Assembly: GCA_905178155.1 (NCBI GenBank)
Contig: CAJINV010000036.1
Coordinates: 51,033 to 115,032, forward strand
Source: Amoebophrya sp. A120
Taxonomy: Eukaryota > Protista > Dinoflagellata
Reading direction: 5' to 3'
Length of the DNA: 64,000 bases
Under the pieces are notes generated by a model, which was not told the DNA's origin, made no database searches, and saw only the letters and a list, made by a program, of their open reading frames with translations. The position numbers and the translations under genes were made by a program. Position 1 is the stretch's first letter. Every line of letters begins with the position of its first letter. This document shows positions 14,413-28,218 of the stretch, one piece after another.

Positions 14413-17400
14413 ATGGTTCGCTTCGCCGTCGAGGGGTGCGTTCATGGGGAACTGGACCAGATATATGAGACCATCCAGGAGCTCGAACACCAGTTGGGCG
14501 ACAAAATCGACGCCCTCCTCTGTTGTGGCGACTTCCAGTCCGTGCGAAATGAAGACGACCTCAATAATCTTGCCTGCCCGCCCAAGTACCGGCAAATGCA
14601 CGACTTTTCGGCGTATTGGAAAGGCGAGAAGAAGGCCCCACTATTGACCATCTTCGTATTCATTCACATTTTGAACAAAGAATTTCGTCTTTCTGTTCAT
14701 ATTCATTACTGAATAAGTACGAATTTCATTGTCCCGCGCATCTTTTCATTCTTCACATCCTTTCGATATTACCACAAAGTACCTAGATGTGGGTGGATCG
14801 ACAAATAAACTATGAATAATCACCAACCAGATCGGTGGCAACCACGAGGCGTCAAATTTTCTACTTGATTTATACTACGGGGGATGGGTGGCGGAGAACA
14901 TCTACTACCTGGGCGTTGCAGGCGTGATCGACGTGAAGGGGGTCCGCATCGCGGGTCTTTCCGGGATCTGGAACCGGCACCACGTGCTCATGGGCCACCA
15001 CGAACGCATGGCGGTCGACCGGTCCGGCAAGGTGGTGCTGGATGACAGCACCATGCGGTCGGCCTACCACATCCGCACCTTTGAGTGCGAGAAGCTGAAG
15101 CTGCTGCCCCAGCTGCCCAACCCGAAGCGGGTGGACGTGTTCCTCAGTCACGACTGGCCGCGGGACATCTGGAAGAGCGGCGACGTGCACGCGCTGTGGA
15201 AGCGGAAGGACAAGACGGGGCAGATGCGGCACGACATGACGGCGGGCACCTTCGGCAATCCTTTGTCTCAGGAGGTGCTGGACGTCGTCAAGCCCCGCTT
15301 CTGGTTCGCCGCGCATCACCACGTCAAGTTTCCCGCCCTGGTCAAGCACGACGATGGAACCTGCACCCGCTTCCTGGGTCTCGACAAGTGCCTCCCCGGC
15401 CGCGACTTTTTGCAGCTGCTCGAGGTCACGCCCGAACACGAGCTCAATGCAGCAAAGCAGGCGGCGGAAGAAGATCGACAGGTCGTGGAGAAGACACAGC
15501 AGCCAGGTGCTGGCGACGAGCGCGATATTAAAGCGGCGGAAGTGGAGGACCAAGCAGGGCCTCCGGAAGCCCGCGGCCTCCAAAATGAAAACGAAAATAA
15601 CGGCGGTACTCATCTTCACAATATGACGGACGCCAGGGGAGCGTCTCTGGACTCGGTTGCACTCATGAGGCGCAATATCCTGATTAAAAACGTCCCCACA
15701 CCAGAGTCAAGATGGGAAACCTGCTAGACAAATCAGCCAGTCTTGGTTGTCTGGCATGACAAGTTTATCCTCGTAGTGTAATGCTGTTTAGCTAGTTCAG
15801 AAGCATCACAGATCTAGCATGGCATGCTGATTTTAGCATCACAAATTCCAAAACACGAATGGAAAATGCTTCTCATAGGGCTCCGCGTGAGAAACTTTTT
15901 TGGCATGCAGAATTGCATGACAACTCTGGTGTGGGTACGTTTTTACTCAGGATACGCAAATTTTTCTCCTCATCGGGCTCCACCTCAAGCTATCCCACGA
16001 AAAAAGTGTTACAGTTACACATTTGTAGTCGATTCAGCAACACAAATTTCTCTGCATGAGAGAGAAAACTTGTAATGCAGAAATCCTACGGGAAAACACC
16101 TATGAAACGAGGCTCCTATGCATATCCGCCATGACAGAGCTTGTCTGTCTTGCTTGGCCTGCAACACAATGTGTAACTGTAACACTTTTTTCTCACGATG
16201 CGAGCGCTGTCGGCTTTATTGGGGGCACCGTCGGTTCGAGCAGCAGCTCCTGGTGTGCGCCGGTAGAGCAGGGCGCAGTACTATCTTCGCAAGAAGTAGA
16301 CCAGAGAACTGAAAATAATGACGAGAGGAACATGAAAAGTCCCTACCTGTACCCTTGCTACGTTCCAGAGTGGCTCGCGATTCAGCGTATGAACATCGAG
16401 AAAACGGTATCCTGAGTAAAAACGTACCCACACCAGAGTTGTAATGCAAATCTGCATGCTGAAAATGTTTCTCTTGCGGAGCTCCATGAGAAGCATTTTC
16501 TAGTCATGTTTTGCAATTTGTCATGCTCCAGTCAGCATGGTATGCTAGATCTGTGATGCTGCTGAGCTAGCTCAAACAGCACTACACTACGAATCCAAAT
16601 TTGTCATGCAAAACAGCCAAAACTTGTGGATTTGTCTAGCCGATTCCCCATCTTGACTCTGGTGTGGGTACGTTTTTACTCAGGATAAACGGACCGCGGT
16701 AACCACAATAGGCCTGTGCCTCCCCTGACGCTACCCACCGCAGTAGAGATCGAGACCATGAACAAACGCATTCACGTATCCTGAGTAAAAACGTACCCAC
16801 ACCAGAGTCAGGATGAGGATTTTGCAACACAAACCTAGGAGTTTTGTGAGTCACGCATGACAAGTTGCACTATGCAGTGTAGTGCAGGTTAGCAAGTGCA
16901 GCCGCGTCACAGATTCACCTGCTCATCCCGTTCACAGCATCACAAATTCCAAAACACGATTCGAAATAGCTCTCATGGGGATGCGCATTACAAGTCTTCC
17001 TGTCTTTGCAAATCTGCATTACAACTCTGGTGTGGGTACGTTTTTACTCAGGATATCACGACGCTTGTCGAAAAGGAGATGATAAAGCCATGTCGAGCCC
17101 TCGTCAACACATCAGCACCAGCAGCGACCGACACGACGACGACGACGACGAGGACGACGCCGACGCGCGCCGCATCTGGTTTGACCAAAGTAACGTGCTG
17201 AACCTGGATTATGGAAACTTGCAGCGAAGGGAAATCAGCGACATAATGAACGTGTCAGACATTTGGGACGTGCTCCGCCAGCCACGCCGCCTCGAGGATT
17301 CATCGAGCGCGAACATCAGTGAGAACCAGAACATAGCTGGCCTTGCCAGTGCTGCTGCTCCGGCGAAGGCCGCTGCAGCAGATTTATCTACCCCCGGCAC

Positions 17401-17749
17401 CAACCCTGTCGGCGCAGCCGGCGATCTGCTCCCACGACCCGCGACAGGAGGAGGTGGCGGTGATGAAGACATTGAGTTAGCTTCTCTAGATGACGAAGAT
17501 GACGACGACGCAGGAGCCTCCTCCGATGCTGTAGCTGCAGCTTATTCAGTGCAAAAGTATCGCTTTAGTACTTGTTCTGATTGCAACGGAAATGATTTTC
17601 TCAGAAGGGAAAGGCAAAACGGAACTCATCCTGCAGAATCAGGTACTCACGAAGAAACGCCTTGCATGCACGATTGCAATCAGTACGAGGGCGATACTTT
17701 TGCAGAGCATACAGTTGGTCCGCCAGCAAAAGTGACCAGGACATCATGA
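14413..17749 (+). CDS. DBR1: Lariat debranching enzyme (1 GT-AG intron 14656-14830 plus 4 introners)
   Basis: Motifs [49 protein letters not shown] and downstream YVPEWLAI. Continuous ORF after removing the intron and four elements. Confidence 0.95.
15676..15954. mobile_element. Introner family B
   Basis: TIR TATCCTGATTAAAAACGTCCCCACACCAGAGT / ACTCTGGTGTGGGTACGTTTTTACTCAGGATA; TSD CGCAA. Confidence 0.92.
15991..16200. mobile_element. Introner family C
   Basis: TIR TATCCCACGAAAAAAGTGTTACAGTTACACATT / AATGTGTAACTGTAACACTTTTTTCTCACGATG; TSD CAAGC/CGAGC. Confidence 0.85.
16408..16687. mobile_element. Introner family B (reverse orientation to 15676 copy)
   Basis: 32-bp TIR; TSD AACGG; body is the reverse complement of 15676-15954. 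Confidence 0.93.
16777..17055. mobile_element. Introner family B
   Basis: 32-bp TIR; TSD TCACG; close reverse-complement copy at 53797-54075. Confidence 0.93.
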
Positions 17750-18599
17750 TCGTCACGATCGTTCGAAAAGTTCACTTCATGTCTGGCTGAATCCAAATCC
17801 CCTTGTATCATTTTCGCAATTGTGTCTGTTTTACATGGTTCATTTTCTCGAAGAAGTGTCACTTCTAGGGTCGGAACACAGACTCCACCAGGTCCACCCC
17901 GCCGCCTCTTTGAGATTGTGAAGTATGAACGTGATAAATCACAGTGTTCCCTCGTCGTATGTCCGTTATCTAGGCTTAGAAAAAAGGCACACTCGCCGAT
18001 AAGGACAAAATGTTTATAACGTTAAGGTTACGCAGCTTCCAATCTACATCTACTATGATGTAGCTTCGGTCTTAATTTCTCAGGTTCTTACTCTCTAGTC
18101 TACTCAAATTTCCCAAAATAATGTTGGCATTGGCAGTAACCTCAGTTCCCAGCACTGAAGTCCATTTTATACGCCTAAAAAAGATGTTTACAGGAGTGAA
18201 ACGCATACGCAAAATCAAAGAACACAAAAAGTGATCTAATCTCACGACGGCACCTCCAAAAGTTTACTTGCAGCAGCGTCGCGCGTAAACGACCCCTGCC
18301 AAGAGGACTTTTCGCAGCAGCAAGCTGCAGTATCGCAAGGTACTTAATCGTACCAACAAAAACGCTGCTGCAAAATCTAAATCACATGCGGGGGTCAGAT
18401 AAAAAGAAAAGTCCATATCACGACCATGAGACGTAGCAAGAGTAGTAAAAGCCCTGCACAGCCCACAAGTACGCGAAGTAGAAGTGTAGTACAACCTTGC
18501 GTCAAGACAGCGACGAAGAAAAAGCAGCTCAGTTTCAGTTCGCAGACACGTGACCAAACTGTAGATCGTGCGCGACTTCTTCCCACGACGACAAATAAG

Positions 18600-19784
18600 A
18601 TGGCATCCACGTCATCCAGCACAACTGCCGTGGCCGGGGCGTCCCCGCACCGCGCAAAGATTGATATAGGACCCAGTCTGTTGGCGTGCGACTTGGCCAA
18701 TCTAGGTGCGGAGGCACGTATGGTGTTGGAAGCGGGGGCGGACTCGCTGCACGTGGATGTTATGGACGGGAACTTTGTGCCCAACATATCCTGGGGAATG
18801 CCCGTCATCTCCTGCCTCCACAAAGCCGTCCCGGAGGCGTTTCTGGATGTACACTTGATGGTGTCCCACCCGGCGCAGTGGATCGAACCTATGAAACAAG
18901 CCGGCGCCAACCGGTACACGTTCCACGTCGAGACCCAGACCGAAACCGGCGAAACGGCCCGGATAATAGAAACCATCAAGAAGAACGGCATGCTGCCGGG
19001 CATTGCGCTAAAACCGGGCACCCCGGTCACGGACGACATTCTCAAGCTCGCGGAAATGGTCGACCTAACGCTGGTATCAACTGCAAAAATGTCTGGGTCT
19101 GGAAGATTGCCAGGGTTGTCATGCATATTTTGAATTACCCATGATGTCTGTGATGCATGCCCTAGCATCGCAGATTTCTAGAGGACTTTGCGCTGCCTCT
19201 ACCGCGTGAGAAATGCCCTCTCCGCGTAGCACAAACTGGAGGCCTCTTGCTGGTGATGCAACACAAATTTTTTTAGAATCCAGAGACAGCATTACAAGTT
19301 TAGTATCTTCCAGACCCAGACATATTTGCAATGCATAGCTGGTCATGACAGTCGAGCCCGGATTTGGCGGCCAGAAGTTCATGGCGGACATGATGCCCAA
19401 AGTAAGTAATGTTGCTGACTTAAATAATATGTACGCTGAAGTTTTCTCAATTTTGACTTGTTCGACGAAATTTTTCTGAAGGTGGTTGTCTTTGTCAGTC
19501 ACCGAGAAAAATAGCGACTACCGGAAGATCCGGACAGCTGCTGAGAAATTACGGCAATCTACTTTCACCAGGTTGCTAAGCTCCGGGCACATTTGGGTCC
19601 CGAAGCGAACATTCAAGTCGACGGAGGACTCGGGCCGGTGACGATTGACGAAGCTGCAAAGGCGGGCGCAAACTGCATCGTCGCCGGTAGTGCGGTATTC
19701 AAAAAAAAACCGCCACCCGCAGAAACTATTGGAGTGCTCCGGACCTCTGTGCAAAAACACGGGCATGGCAATATGACCCATTGA
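18600..19784 (+). CDS. RPE: Ribulose-phosphate 3-epimerase (introner 19075-19337; GT-AG intron 19402-19571)
   Basis: [51 protein letters not shown] (re-formed across the element), [19 protein letters not shown]. Confidence 0.97.
19075..19337. mobile_element. Introner family A
   Basis: Family A TIRs; TSD GCTGG; interrupts the conserved LVMTV motif; body closely similar to 57023 copy. Confidence 0.93.
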
Positions 19785-20342
19785 CGTTCTGCTGGGCGTT
19801 TTTGTTTTTCTGGCCGCCTCTGCAAATTATCTCGCAGATGTCTGCATATCTGTACGGTGGCCAAACCTGCGAAAGAACTCGAGAACAACTCTTGCACTAA
19901 ACAAATTTACCCAAGAACATCAACCAACGACATGTATGATTACGCAGCGTACAACTGGACCTGGCACCAGGCCGCGATGCTGTCGCGAACCGTCTAGACC
20001 CAAGTAGACGCAGTCGCGGGAAACGTCGCTCTGCTGGCGCCATCCATGAGGTGTTGGCCCTCGCGTGTCTGTTGTGTAAGCGAGCTGCGTTCGTTGTTCT
20101 GACAGATTGAAACTCCAGCTGGTCCATTCCAGCGTTCTTTTCCTGGCGGCTGATGTTGCTAATCTTCATCTTCTATCTTTTCTTCTGGTCTGAGATCATG
20201 ATTATTTGTGGTGGATTTATTGATGCAGCACCGCGGCGACCAGCCCTGTAGTTGTTCCTCTTCAATAATGCTTGGCGGATAGTACCAATACAGAGCTTGA
20301 GCTAGTGACTTCCACCCGACACTATAGTGAAATCGACTAAAA

Positions 20343-23300
20343 ATGGTAAGCCCTGGTGAAGGACCTGCGTCCCCTTTTAACGGCCTCTTCGAAAACGTAG
20401 CCGGGGGTCCCCGCGTTGAGCCCGAGACAGCAGATGACGACGCTGTTTCCTCCGTGTATACCTGGAATTCCGACGACGAGCCGCCCAGCGAACGGAAGGG
20501 CGAAAAGTTTCCATGTTCGTACGACAAGCTGGTCACTCGTACGGTCTTGCAGGAGGCCGGCCGCTTGCAGAGCCAGGAGCGACCGGGGGGCAAAGACCGC
20601 GTCCTGCTGGACTATAACCACGACCTGGAATGGTTCTCGCTGGGCGAAAACCAGCTTCCGTGCGGTATCGAGTGCGCGGTGCGGAAGATGCGGCGCGGGG
20701 AGGTTTGTCTGGTCGAGTACCCGCGGGCGGGAGGCTACTCAGAGCTCCAGTCCCCACAGTTCTTCGATGACCACCGGAAAAAATTCCGACCGGGCTACAT
20801 TGGTCCGGCCAAAACCTGCGAGAGTACTATCACGACCAGCGAACATGACCAAGGAGCTTCTCGCGGAGTAGTCTCTGCGCACGAAGTAGCACCCGGGCAA
20901 GACCCAGGAGCGATGGATGTTGAACAAGTAGGGGACGAGGACTACGTTCGCAGCGAGGTATCGCTCGTGGACTTCTTTCACGTGGAAACATTCCACACCC
21001 AGGTCGTGCTTGATCCACAGCCGCGTTCTGAAGATAACATTCATGCAGCTGCGGACGAGGAAAACAACTTATTTTCACGGGAGCCCGAAGCGGTGGAAGC
21101 GCAAGAAATAGAGATTCGCAAAGAAGTCACGCAAAAAGGCCAGAAATTGGCGAAGAAACCGCGTGAAGGCGACGCGGTTTGGTTTGAAGCCTTCACAAAC
21201 GAGAACGACGAGAAGAACGAAGACACAATAAAGGGAGCAAGAACTACTCCGCTTTTCGAGTTTCCTGAAGTTAATATACCTCCTGCAAGCGGCGTGGATC
21301 CAGCTGCAGGTAGCAGCTGTACATCTAGTGCGAGGTATTGCCCTCGTGTGCAAGATCCCCGCCTGTTGCTCGCGCTCGCCAATCTACGGGCTACTCTAAC
21401 GAAGTTTCTCGAGCCGCCAACAGCACCAGCAGCTGCCCTTGATTCCTTCGAAAAAAAAGGGAATGCATCGTCGCTACTTTGCGCCGAAGCCGTTTTCGCA
21501 GCGCTCAAGTCCATGCGACCTGGGGAGACGGCGAAAATTCAGGTCACTCCCCTAGCCAGGAACAAGCAGGTACCAATAAATGGCAGAAGCATGATTCGAG
21601 CCAGTGCCAGAGGAGGAGGGCCCAACGACAACGAACACCACATTATTTGCGTCTTCTACTTGCACCTGAAAAAGTTTCGACGATATGAGGTTTTACCACT
21701 GTTTCCGCAGATACTAAAAGCAACTCCGTGCTGTCACAGTGACTTTTTGGATTCGTTGAAAGTGGACATTTTGAAGACCGAGCTACGGTCTACCCCGACC
21801 CAATTTCAATCGTCCGTTGCCGAAGAGGGAGGACTCGTTCTCATTGCCATTGCGCCAGTCACGCCATCCGGCGCCAACCCCAGAGGGCGCGTCCTCAGAC
21901 TGCGGCTCGGGAACGGGGTGCTACCAGAGTGGCTTGAACAAACCGCAGTCCCGAGTATGGCGCTCTTCGAAGACTGTTTATTCCAGAATTGTGTCAAAAA
22001 AGACACCCGCGCTTCTTTGGCCTCCACCGCGATGCCGAATTGCTCACTTACACGTGCAGCTGCTAGTAACGGCGATCACAATCCTAATCCGATGCACTCC
22101 ATTCCGCAGACGTCGAAAATATTAGCTCAAGAAAATTCCACCAGCGAGGCATGTGCAGCTGTCGGCATCGCACCGCCGGTCTCGGGCGGCGAGCTCTCGT
22201 CCGCACTTCCGACCCTGTTAGCAGCGACTTCCTTTGCCAGCGCGGAAGTGCCGCCGGCTTGCACAACTGTGGACGCATGCGCAGAGAACGCCGCATCTAG
22301 CGATTCCGATCCCGCCCGACACGAAAGCGAGAAAGACCCAGAGCGCGACAGGGTGTCGGTGCATAACGTCCTTACGGCATTTGAAAGCGTGGAAGAGGTC
22401 TGCAAGGCATGCGAAAAAGCGCGAAGGGAATTGAAAGGAGGGGATAGTACGGATGTCGAACTAACAACAAAAATATGCTTCTCAGATGAAGGCGAACAGG
22501 CCGCCGCGGGTTTGGAGGAAAAGTCAGGCGGAGTAGATCCAGATTCTTTACTGCTTAGCCCGTTGTACGACTTGACCGAATGTTTTCGAGGATGGGTGAG
22601 TGGCCCCACAAACCAGCATGTGCCACGGTTCTGGGCCCACGCACTCGGCGTTTCAGCGCAGCAGCACAATGATCAGCGCGATCTTCATCCCGAGGAAGGG
22701 TCCTCTACCTCCGCCTCTGCGCCGCACCTCCTGCCCTTCCGTCCGCCGAGCGGCGCGACTTCCTGGGCACGCCTCGGCACCGTCTCGTCTGCGGACGCTC
22801 GAATGAGAAGCTGTCCCGAGATGGAGATCACAGGACCGGGACGAGTAGACCAGGCTTCTCCACTGGACAAGGTTATCAAGGATCGTAAAGACTCAAGTTG
22901 TACAGGTGAAACTTCTGCAGCTGCTGAGCCGGTGAGTTGGCGGGATTTGTTTCCGGAACACCAGGAACGACAGCACCTCGGCGGCAGTGGTGGCTTTCGT
23001 GTGTGGCTCTTGGGCGTGGTTCCAGCCCCGGACCTGTGGGAGCTGTCGGAAGCCCAGCGGCTCTTGGTTGCGCAGCGCTATCGCTGGGTGGGCAATCAAT
23101 TCGCACAGAAGAAGTTTTTCGCACTCGCGGCCGCAAAGTACGAGGAAGCCATTTACACGATTCGTGTCGATTGTGGGGTCCTCTTCTCCTCGCCTGGGGC
23201 CGGCGCAACAGCGAGTCAGCAGCACGGCGCCACGGCCACGCAGCACCAGATTGTCGGAAAATCAAAGTACCCAACGGTGGAGTCCCTGCCGGCCATCTAT

Positions 23301-24246
23301 CGTCACCTATTCGTAAGTTTGCACAACAACCTCGCCCTCCAGTACTATCAACAGGGAAAACTTGCCCCGTGTCGAGCGGTCTGTGACTCTGTCCTGCGGG
23401 TGGACCCGACCAACCTGAAGGCCCTGGCGCGCAAACTGCAAAGTGCCGAAACCATCGGTTTCAAGGAAGAGGCTCTGGAGAAGCTGCAGGCGGCACTACT
23501 GTGTCGTCAGAGGGACGAGAAGGCCTGTTCTGCTGAGGAAGCTACAACGGGGAAAGAAAGCAGGAGCACCGCGTGGGTCGATATCAACACAAAAATGTCT
23601 GGGTCTGGAAGAGTGTAAACTTGTCGTGCGGATTTTGCATGACCCGTGAGTTCTGGAATGCGGGACTTCGCATGACAGACTCTGCGAGATCTCCGCCATG
23701 CCTATCCTGCATGAGAAACTCTCTCCCGACTTGGTCGAAAGTGGACAGCTTTTGGCACTCATGCAACACAGATTTTTGTATGCTTCAGATTTACCATGAC
23801 GAGTTACCATCTTCCAGACCCAGACATATTTACAATTCATAGTCGAGAAGGTGATCCAGGACGCGCAGAGGTGGATCGAGGTAGAAGACCAGAGGGAAGC
23901 AGCATATCAAGTGCAAAAATGTCTGGGTCTGGAAACTTGTAATGCTGTGTTGGGAATAGTGAATGCTCTGTAATGCACAGCCAAGCATGAGAAATCTCTG
24001 CGCTTCTTTGTGTTGCGTTTTTCGCATGAGAAGCTGCGTTTTTGCATGACAGGCAAACGGGTCTCTTCTTGGACACGCATCACAAACTTTTTGGTCATGC
24101 CAGACAAGCATGACAAATCTCGCAATCTTCCAGACCCAGACACTTTTGCATTTGATGCAGCATTGTTCCGATCGATGTTTGCGAATAAGAATAAGCGACA
24201 AAGAAACCCTCCACCTGGAAAAACCAAACAAACGACTGAACAATAA
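20343..24246 (+). CDS. Large FKBP-type PPIase/TPR co-chaperone-like protein with long insertions (2 introners at 3' end)
   Basis: LVTRTVLQEAG...FSLGENQLPCGIECAVRKMRRGEVCLV (FKBP-like); TPR segments GNQFAQKKFFALAAAKYEEA and LHNNLALQY...CDSVLRVDPTNLKALAR; C-terminal EAALFRSMF after splicing. Confidence 0.75.
23582..23841. mobile_element. Introner family A
   Basis: TSD GTCGA; body closely similar to 27142 copy. Confidence 0.92.
23905..24157. mobile_element. Introner family A
   Basis: TSD CAGCA; right end GATG variant. Confidence 0.9.
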
Positions 24247-24931
24247 TCGCAGGGGTTGTAATTGTAAATGTAACCCGGCGCTACGCCGCATGAAAAGGGA
24301 AACATCCTCGTCCATAGATGGTAAAAGTGATCACCGTAAGAAGCAGTACTGTGATTTATTGGAAACCGTGTAGATGCATCTTTATTGACTTTGGGCGGAA
24401 AATGAAACACTTCGGGTCTTGACGAGTGTTGCTCGTATCTGCTTCTCCGTCGACCTCGGTGCACTGCACGTCGCAACGCTGTTGATTGTTCTCAATCACA
24501 GTTCGAATTCAATTTGAATGCATTTACGAGCGACTAAGGTGCCGTAGCGCTCTACGCCGTACGCAGTGGCGAAAAGAACTGGAGCGCGTGAAAGATCCAC
24601 CGACATTTCTATGACCACCACTGTGTCGCTATTCGGCTGATCTTTTCGGTAGTTTTCCGGCAGGTCAAGGCTGCTCCTGCTTTCTGAGCGGGACTCCACA
24701 TGCAGAAGACACCATACATGATGAAGGAGGAGGATAGATGTTGCTGGGTTTCGCCTTTTTTTCGTGATCTTCATTTTCGATGGCTGCTCTTGGTACGCAT
24801 GACAATTCTTGATGAAAACTAAAACTTGCCACCGAGTAGCCTCCATTTGGCTCACGGAAAACAACTTAGCCACGGGTGGTCGCCGCACATCAGTTCGCCA
24901 GTTTTCATCCTGGTAGCGCGTCAGGCCGAAA

Positions 24932-27669
24932 ATGTTTTCTCTATGTGTGCGTTCGTTCAGTATCAGTTGTCCCACGACGTGGCTGTTACTCGTTTTTTTT
25001 TCTTTCTTTTTGTCCTCACCTCCGGAACCAGTTGTATCTGCTGAGATCACCACGACCGAAGAAAACTGGGACCACGCGAATGCTGACCCGTTCCTGCGGG
25101 CGGGGCCTGCTGTTCCAGGGCGCCTCTTCGCTACCAGCGACGAGCAGGAGTACGTGGACGCGCTCCGGCAAAAGGAGGAGCGAAAGGACCCCCGGTTCTT
25201 GCTGCTCGATATAAGGTATTTGAGGGAGCTGCTGCGGAACGCCGTGGAGTACCAGGGGCGCCAGCTTTTCTCGTCGTCTGCAACGGCAGGCGCCGTGGAC
25301 AGAATCGCGGAACAAGTGTTGGATCCGGTGTGGCGTATTTGGGAACTGAAGGAGGAAGGGGCCCCGCTCAGAGCGGCCGGAAGTCTGCTGATGCAGAAGT
25401 TGATCGGGCTGCGCGATGTTTCTGACGAACGCACGCTTGAAGTGCACCAGGATCTTCGCGCCACTCTGATGGCTGCCGCGAACGAGTTGCTTCAGGAGAT
25501 GGTCCGCGTCGTCGACCAATCTGCAGCTGTAGCCGATCATCTTGCAGAGCCAGCTGCGAGTGGTCGAGCTGCGGGGGCTGGTGCAGCTGCTTCTACGGAG
25601 TTGCGAGAAGGACCTTTGCAAGAAGAGGAGCAGGGGAGACAGCAGCACAGCCTCCATCTTCAGCACAACCTGGAAGCTAACCGTCGCGACCGCGAGTTGT
25701 GTATTACTCCAGCAGGTCTTGCGAAAAAGGAATGCGAAATGTTAGATCAACAAAGTCTAAGTCGCGGGCAGGACGATGCTGCAATTATCGATCAGCTGGC
25801 GTCTCCTGTTTTACATCAGTTTATGCGCGAACTCCTCACGCGCATAGAGCAGGGTAACATGGAGTCACTGGCAGTCATAATCCTGCAAGGGTTTCTAACC
25901 TGCGCTGTCTCATTGAGCACCGAGCAGAAAAATCTAGGTGACCAGCACACAGCTGCGGGCGACGGAGCTTGGTTTTTTGAGATATCCCGAGGAAAGATCG
26001 TTGCTGCGAATATCGGAGTCGAAGAGTGTGCCAGCATAGCGGTGCAGTATTATTTCTTTTACGAATATCCAACACAAAAAATCTGGAAGTGTAACTTTGA
26101 AGGATGAGGAGCTGCATCACAAAAAATTCGCTTTGCATTACGATTACATTTACAGAAAAACCCTTTCATCATGCGCAGCTAACTCTTATGTGAGAACACG
26201 ACGCGCGAAGCTAGCCTGTAACGCACAACCAGCTGAATGGCAAGCGTGACTGTCTTGCATCTTCCGCAACTACACGACGAACTTACGTACGGACACGACA
26301 GTTTTTTTCTTGCAGAAAGCGGTGGGAACGTGGTTCCGAACTGCCGTGCTGAACGCGGAAGTGGGGCTGTTCCGGGCCTTCGTGGTGCCACAAAAGCAAG
26401 CGCAGAGAGAGTACCACGCCCTCCGCCACCGGGCAGGGGCGTACAGCACTCACCCGCACATTTTCCACGACGCAGCGCAAGCGCCCCTCGACCGGCGTCT
26501 GCTCCTCGCGTGGTTGCTGGCGCGCCTGCGAGCGAAGAAAGTTGGAAGCGGAAATGAAGAAAAAAATGGGCAGGGGAACAATCTGCTATATGTGGCAGAG
26601 ATCGGGGTTTTTAACGCACGCACGACGGAGTTTCTTCTGCGCCACTGCCAGCCGATCCATGTTTTCGCGGTGGACCCGTTCCTCGAAGGTATGTCGACCC
26701 GCTATGTGGAGAGCGAACCTGACATGCGGGAACACCTGAAAACGAAAAGCGGCGAGGCCCGGACGCGAAACATTCTGTCCGCCGTTCCGGGTGCGCAAGA
26801 GGTACAGCTCGCAGAGTTTGCGGCCGGATTTCCAGAAGAAAAAATGGACCACTACGAGCACGGGCACGGCGAACGACGAGAGCAAGAAGCGCATTCCCCC
26901 TCCACCACGACCTCGCACATTGCAACCAGCAGCATCGCGCGCTTTACAATTCTTCCGCACCCGAGCGTGGAAGCAGCGAGGCGGCTACGCTTGGCTGCGA
27001 GAGACCGCCGGGGCCGCAGTAGAAGAAGTAGAGGTGGAGAGACGAATGCGAACTCTGCTCGGGACGAAGAACCCAGTGACCGCCCGCGCGGCGATGCTTT
27101 TCTAGACTTGGTGTTCATCGATGGGGACCATACCTATGGAGTATCAAATGTAAAAATGTCTGGGTCTGGAAAAGTGTAGACTTGTCATGCAGATGTTCCA
27201 TGACCCATGACATGAGGTCTGGAATGCGGGACTTAGCATGACAGACTCTGCGAGGTCTCTGCCATGCCTATCCTGCATGAGAAACTCCCCTCCAACTTGG
27301 TCAAAAGTGTACAGCTTTTGGCACTCATGCAACACAGATTTTCGCATGCTTCAGATTGACCATGACAAGTTGGAATCTTCCAGACCCAGACACTTTTGCA
27401 ATTCATATGGAGGTGTGCAAGACGATCTGGAGTCATGGCCGCCCCTTGTGCATGGGATCGTTTCCGGACACGACTGCTGTCACGTGGGAAGTCCCGCTTA
27501 CGAGGCCCTACTGGATAGCAAATTTTACCAGGACACGGTCCACCGCGCACGACCACACCCGGCTGACCAGGAGGGACAGGGAGGAATAGACGGTACTAGG
27601 ACCTGGGGGAACGACGCTTCTGCCTCTGCTCTACACCTCGCGCATGATGGTGCCTGGTGGTTGGAATAG
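24932..27669 (+). CDS. Signal-peptide protein with C-terminal class I SAM methyltransferase domain (Methyltransf_24-like)
   Basis: YVAEIGVF...VFAVDPF...LDLVFIDGDHTYG-GVQDDLESW...IVSGHD re-formed across the introner. The join between ORFs 24932-26107 and 26310-27179 (intron ~26103-26315) is not resolved. Confidence 0.7.
27142..27407. mobile_element. Introner family A
   Basis: TSD TGGAG; interrupts DHTYGGV motif. Confidence 0.93.
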
Positions 27670-28218
27670 CTATTTGCGCAGCCTCCATATTTTCATCCTC
27701 GACTTCTACTTCAGGTCTCCTTTTATCTGGTAGCAAAAAATACAATTACAAGCCAACGCACGACGAACAGATTGGCACGCCGTATGACGAGAAACTCGAA
27801 GTTTGGCGTAGTTGTTTGAACGCCCGCTAGCTAGGCTCAGATGTTCATCAAGTGCGATTTGAGTAGCGGAAATGTTGGGAAGATTTGATTTCTTGACATA
27901 TTCATTGTGATTGTGAATGCAGGAAGTAGGGAATATATAAAAAAGAAAAAGCAACACGATCATGATCAGGGCAGGCTATTCCTGCTGGTGCTGATCCCAC
28001 CAGTTTATATGATGAAGTAAACATCATCAACACCACAGAGATGACGACGAAAACTTTCACAACCGGCAGATCCTGGGTGCGACGTATATTATTGCGTTGT
28101 CGGAGACCGAGGCGATTACATTATGATTGCATTAGCTAAAGGAGTAAATACGTCCGAATTAGTTGGGATGAGCGACCTTCTGGTTCTCTGGCCTCGGTAA
28201 ACAAATTGCTTTTTCGCT

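Noticed and set aside
26066-26276. Candidate introner flanked by ACGAA repeats
   Set aside because: No matching right TIR, and the join enters the wrong frame for the methyltransferase domain; junction left unresolved.
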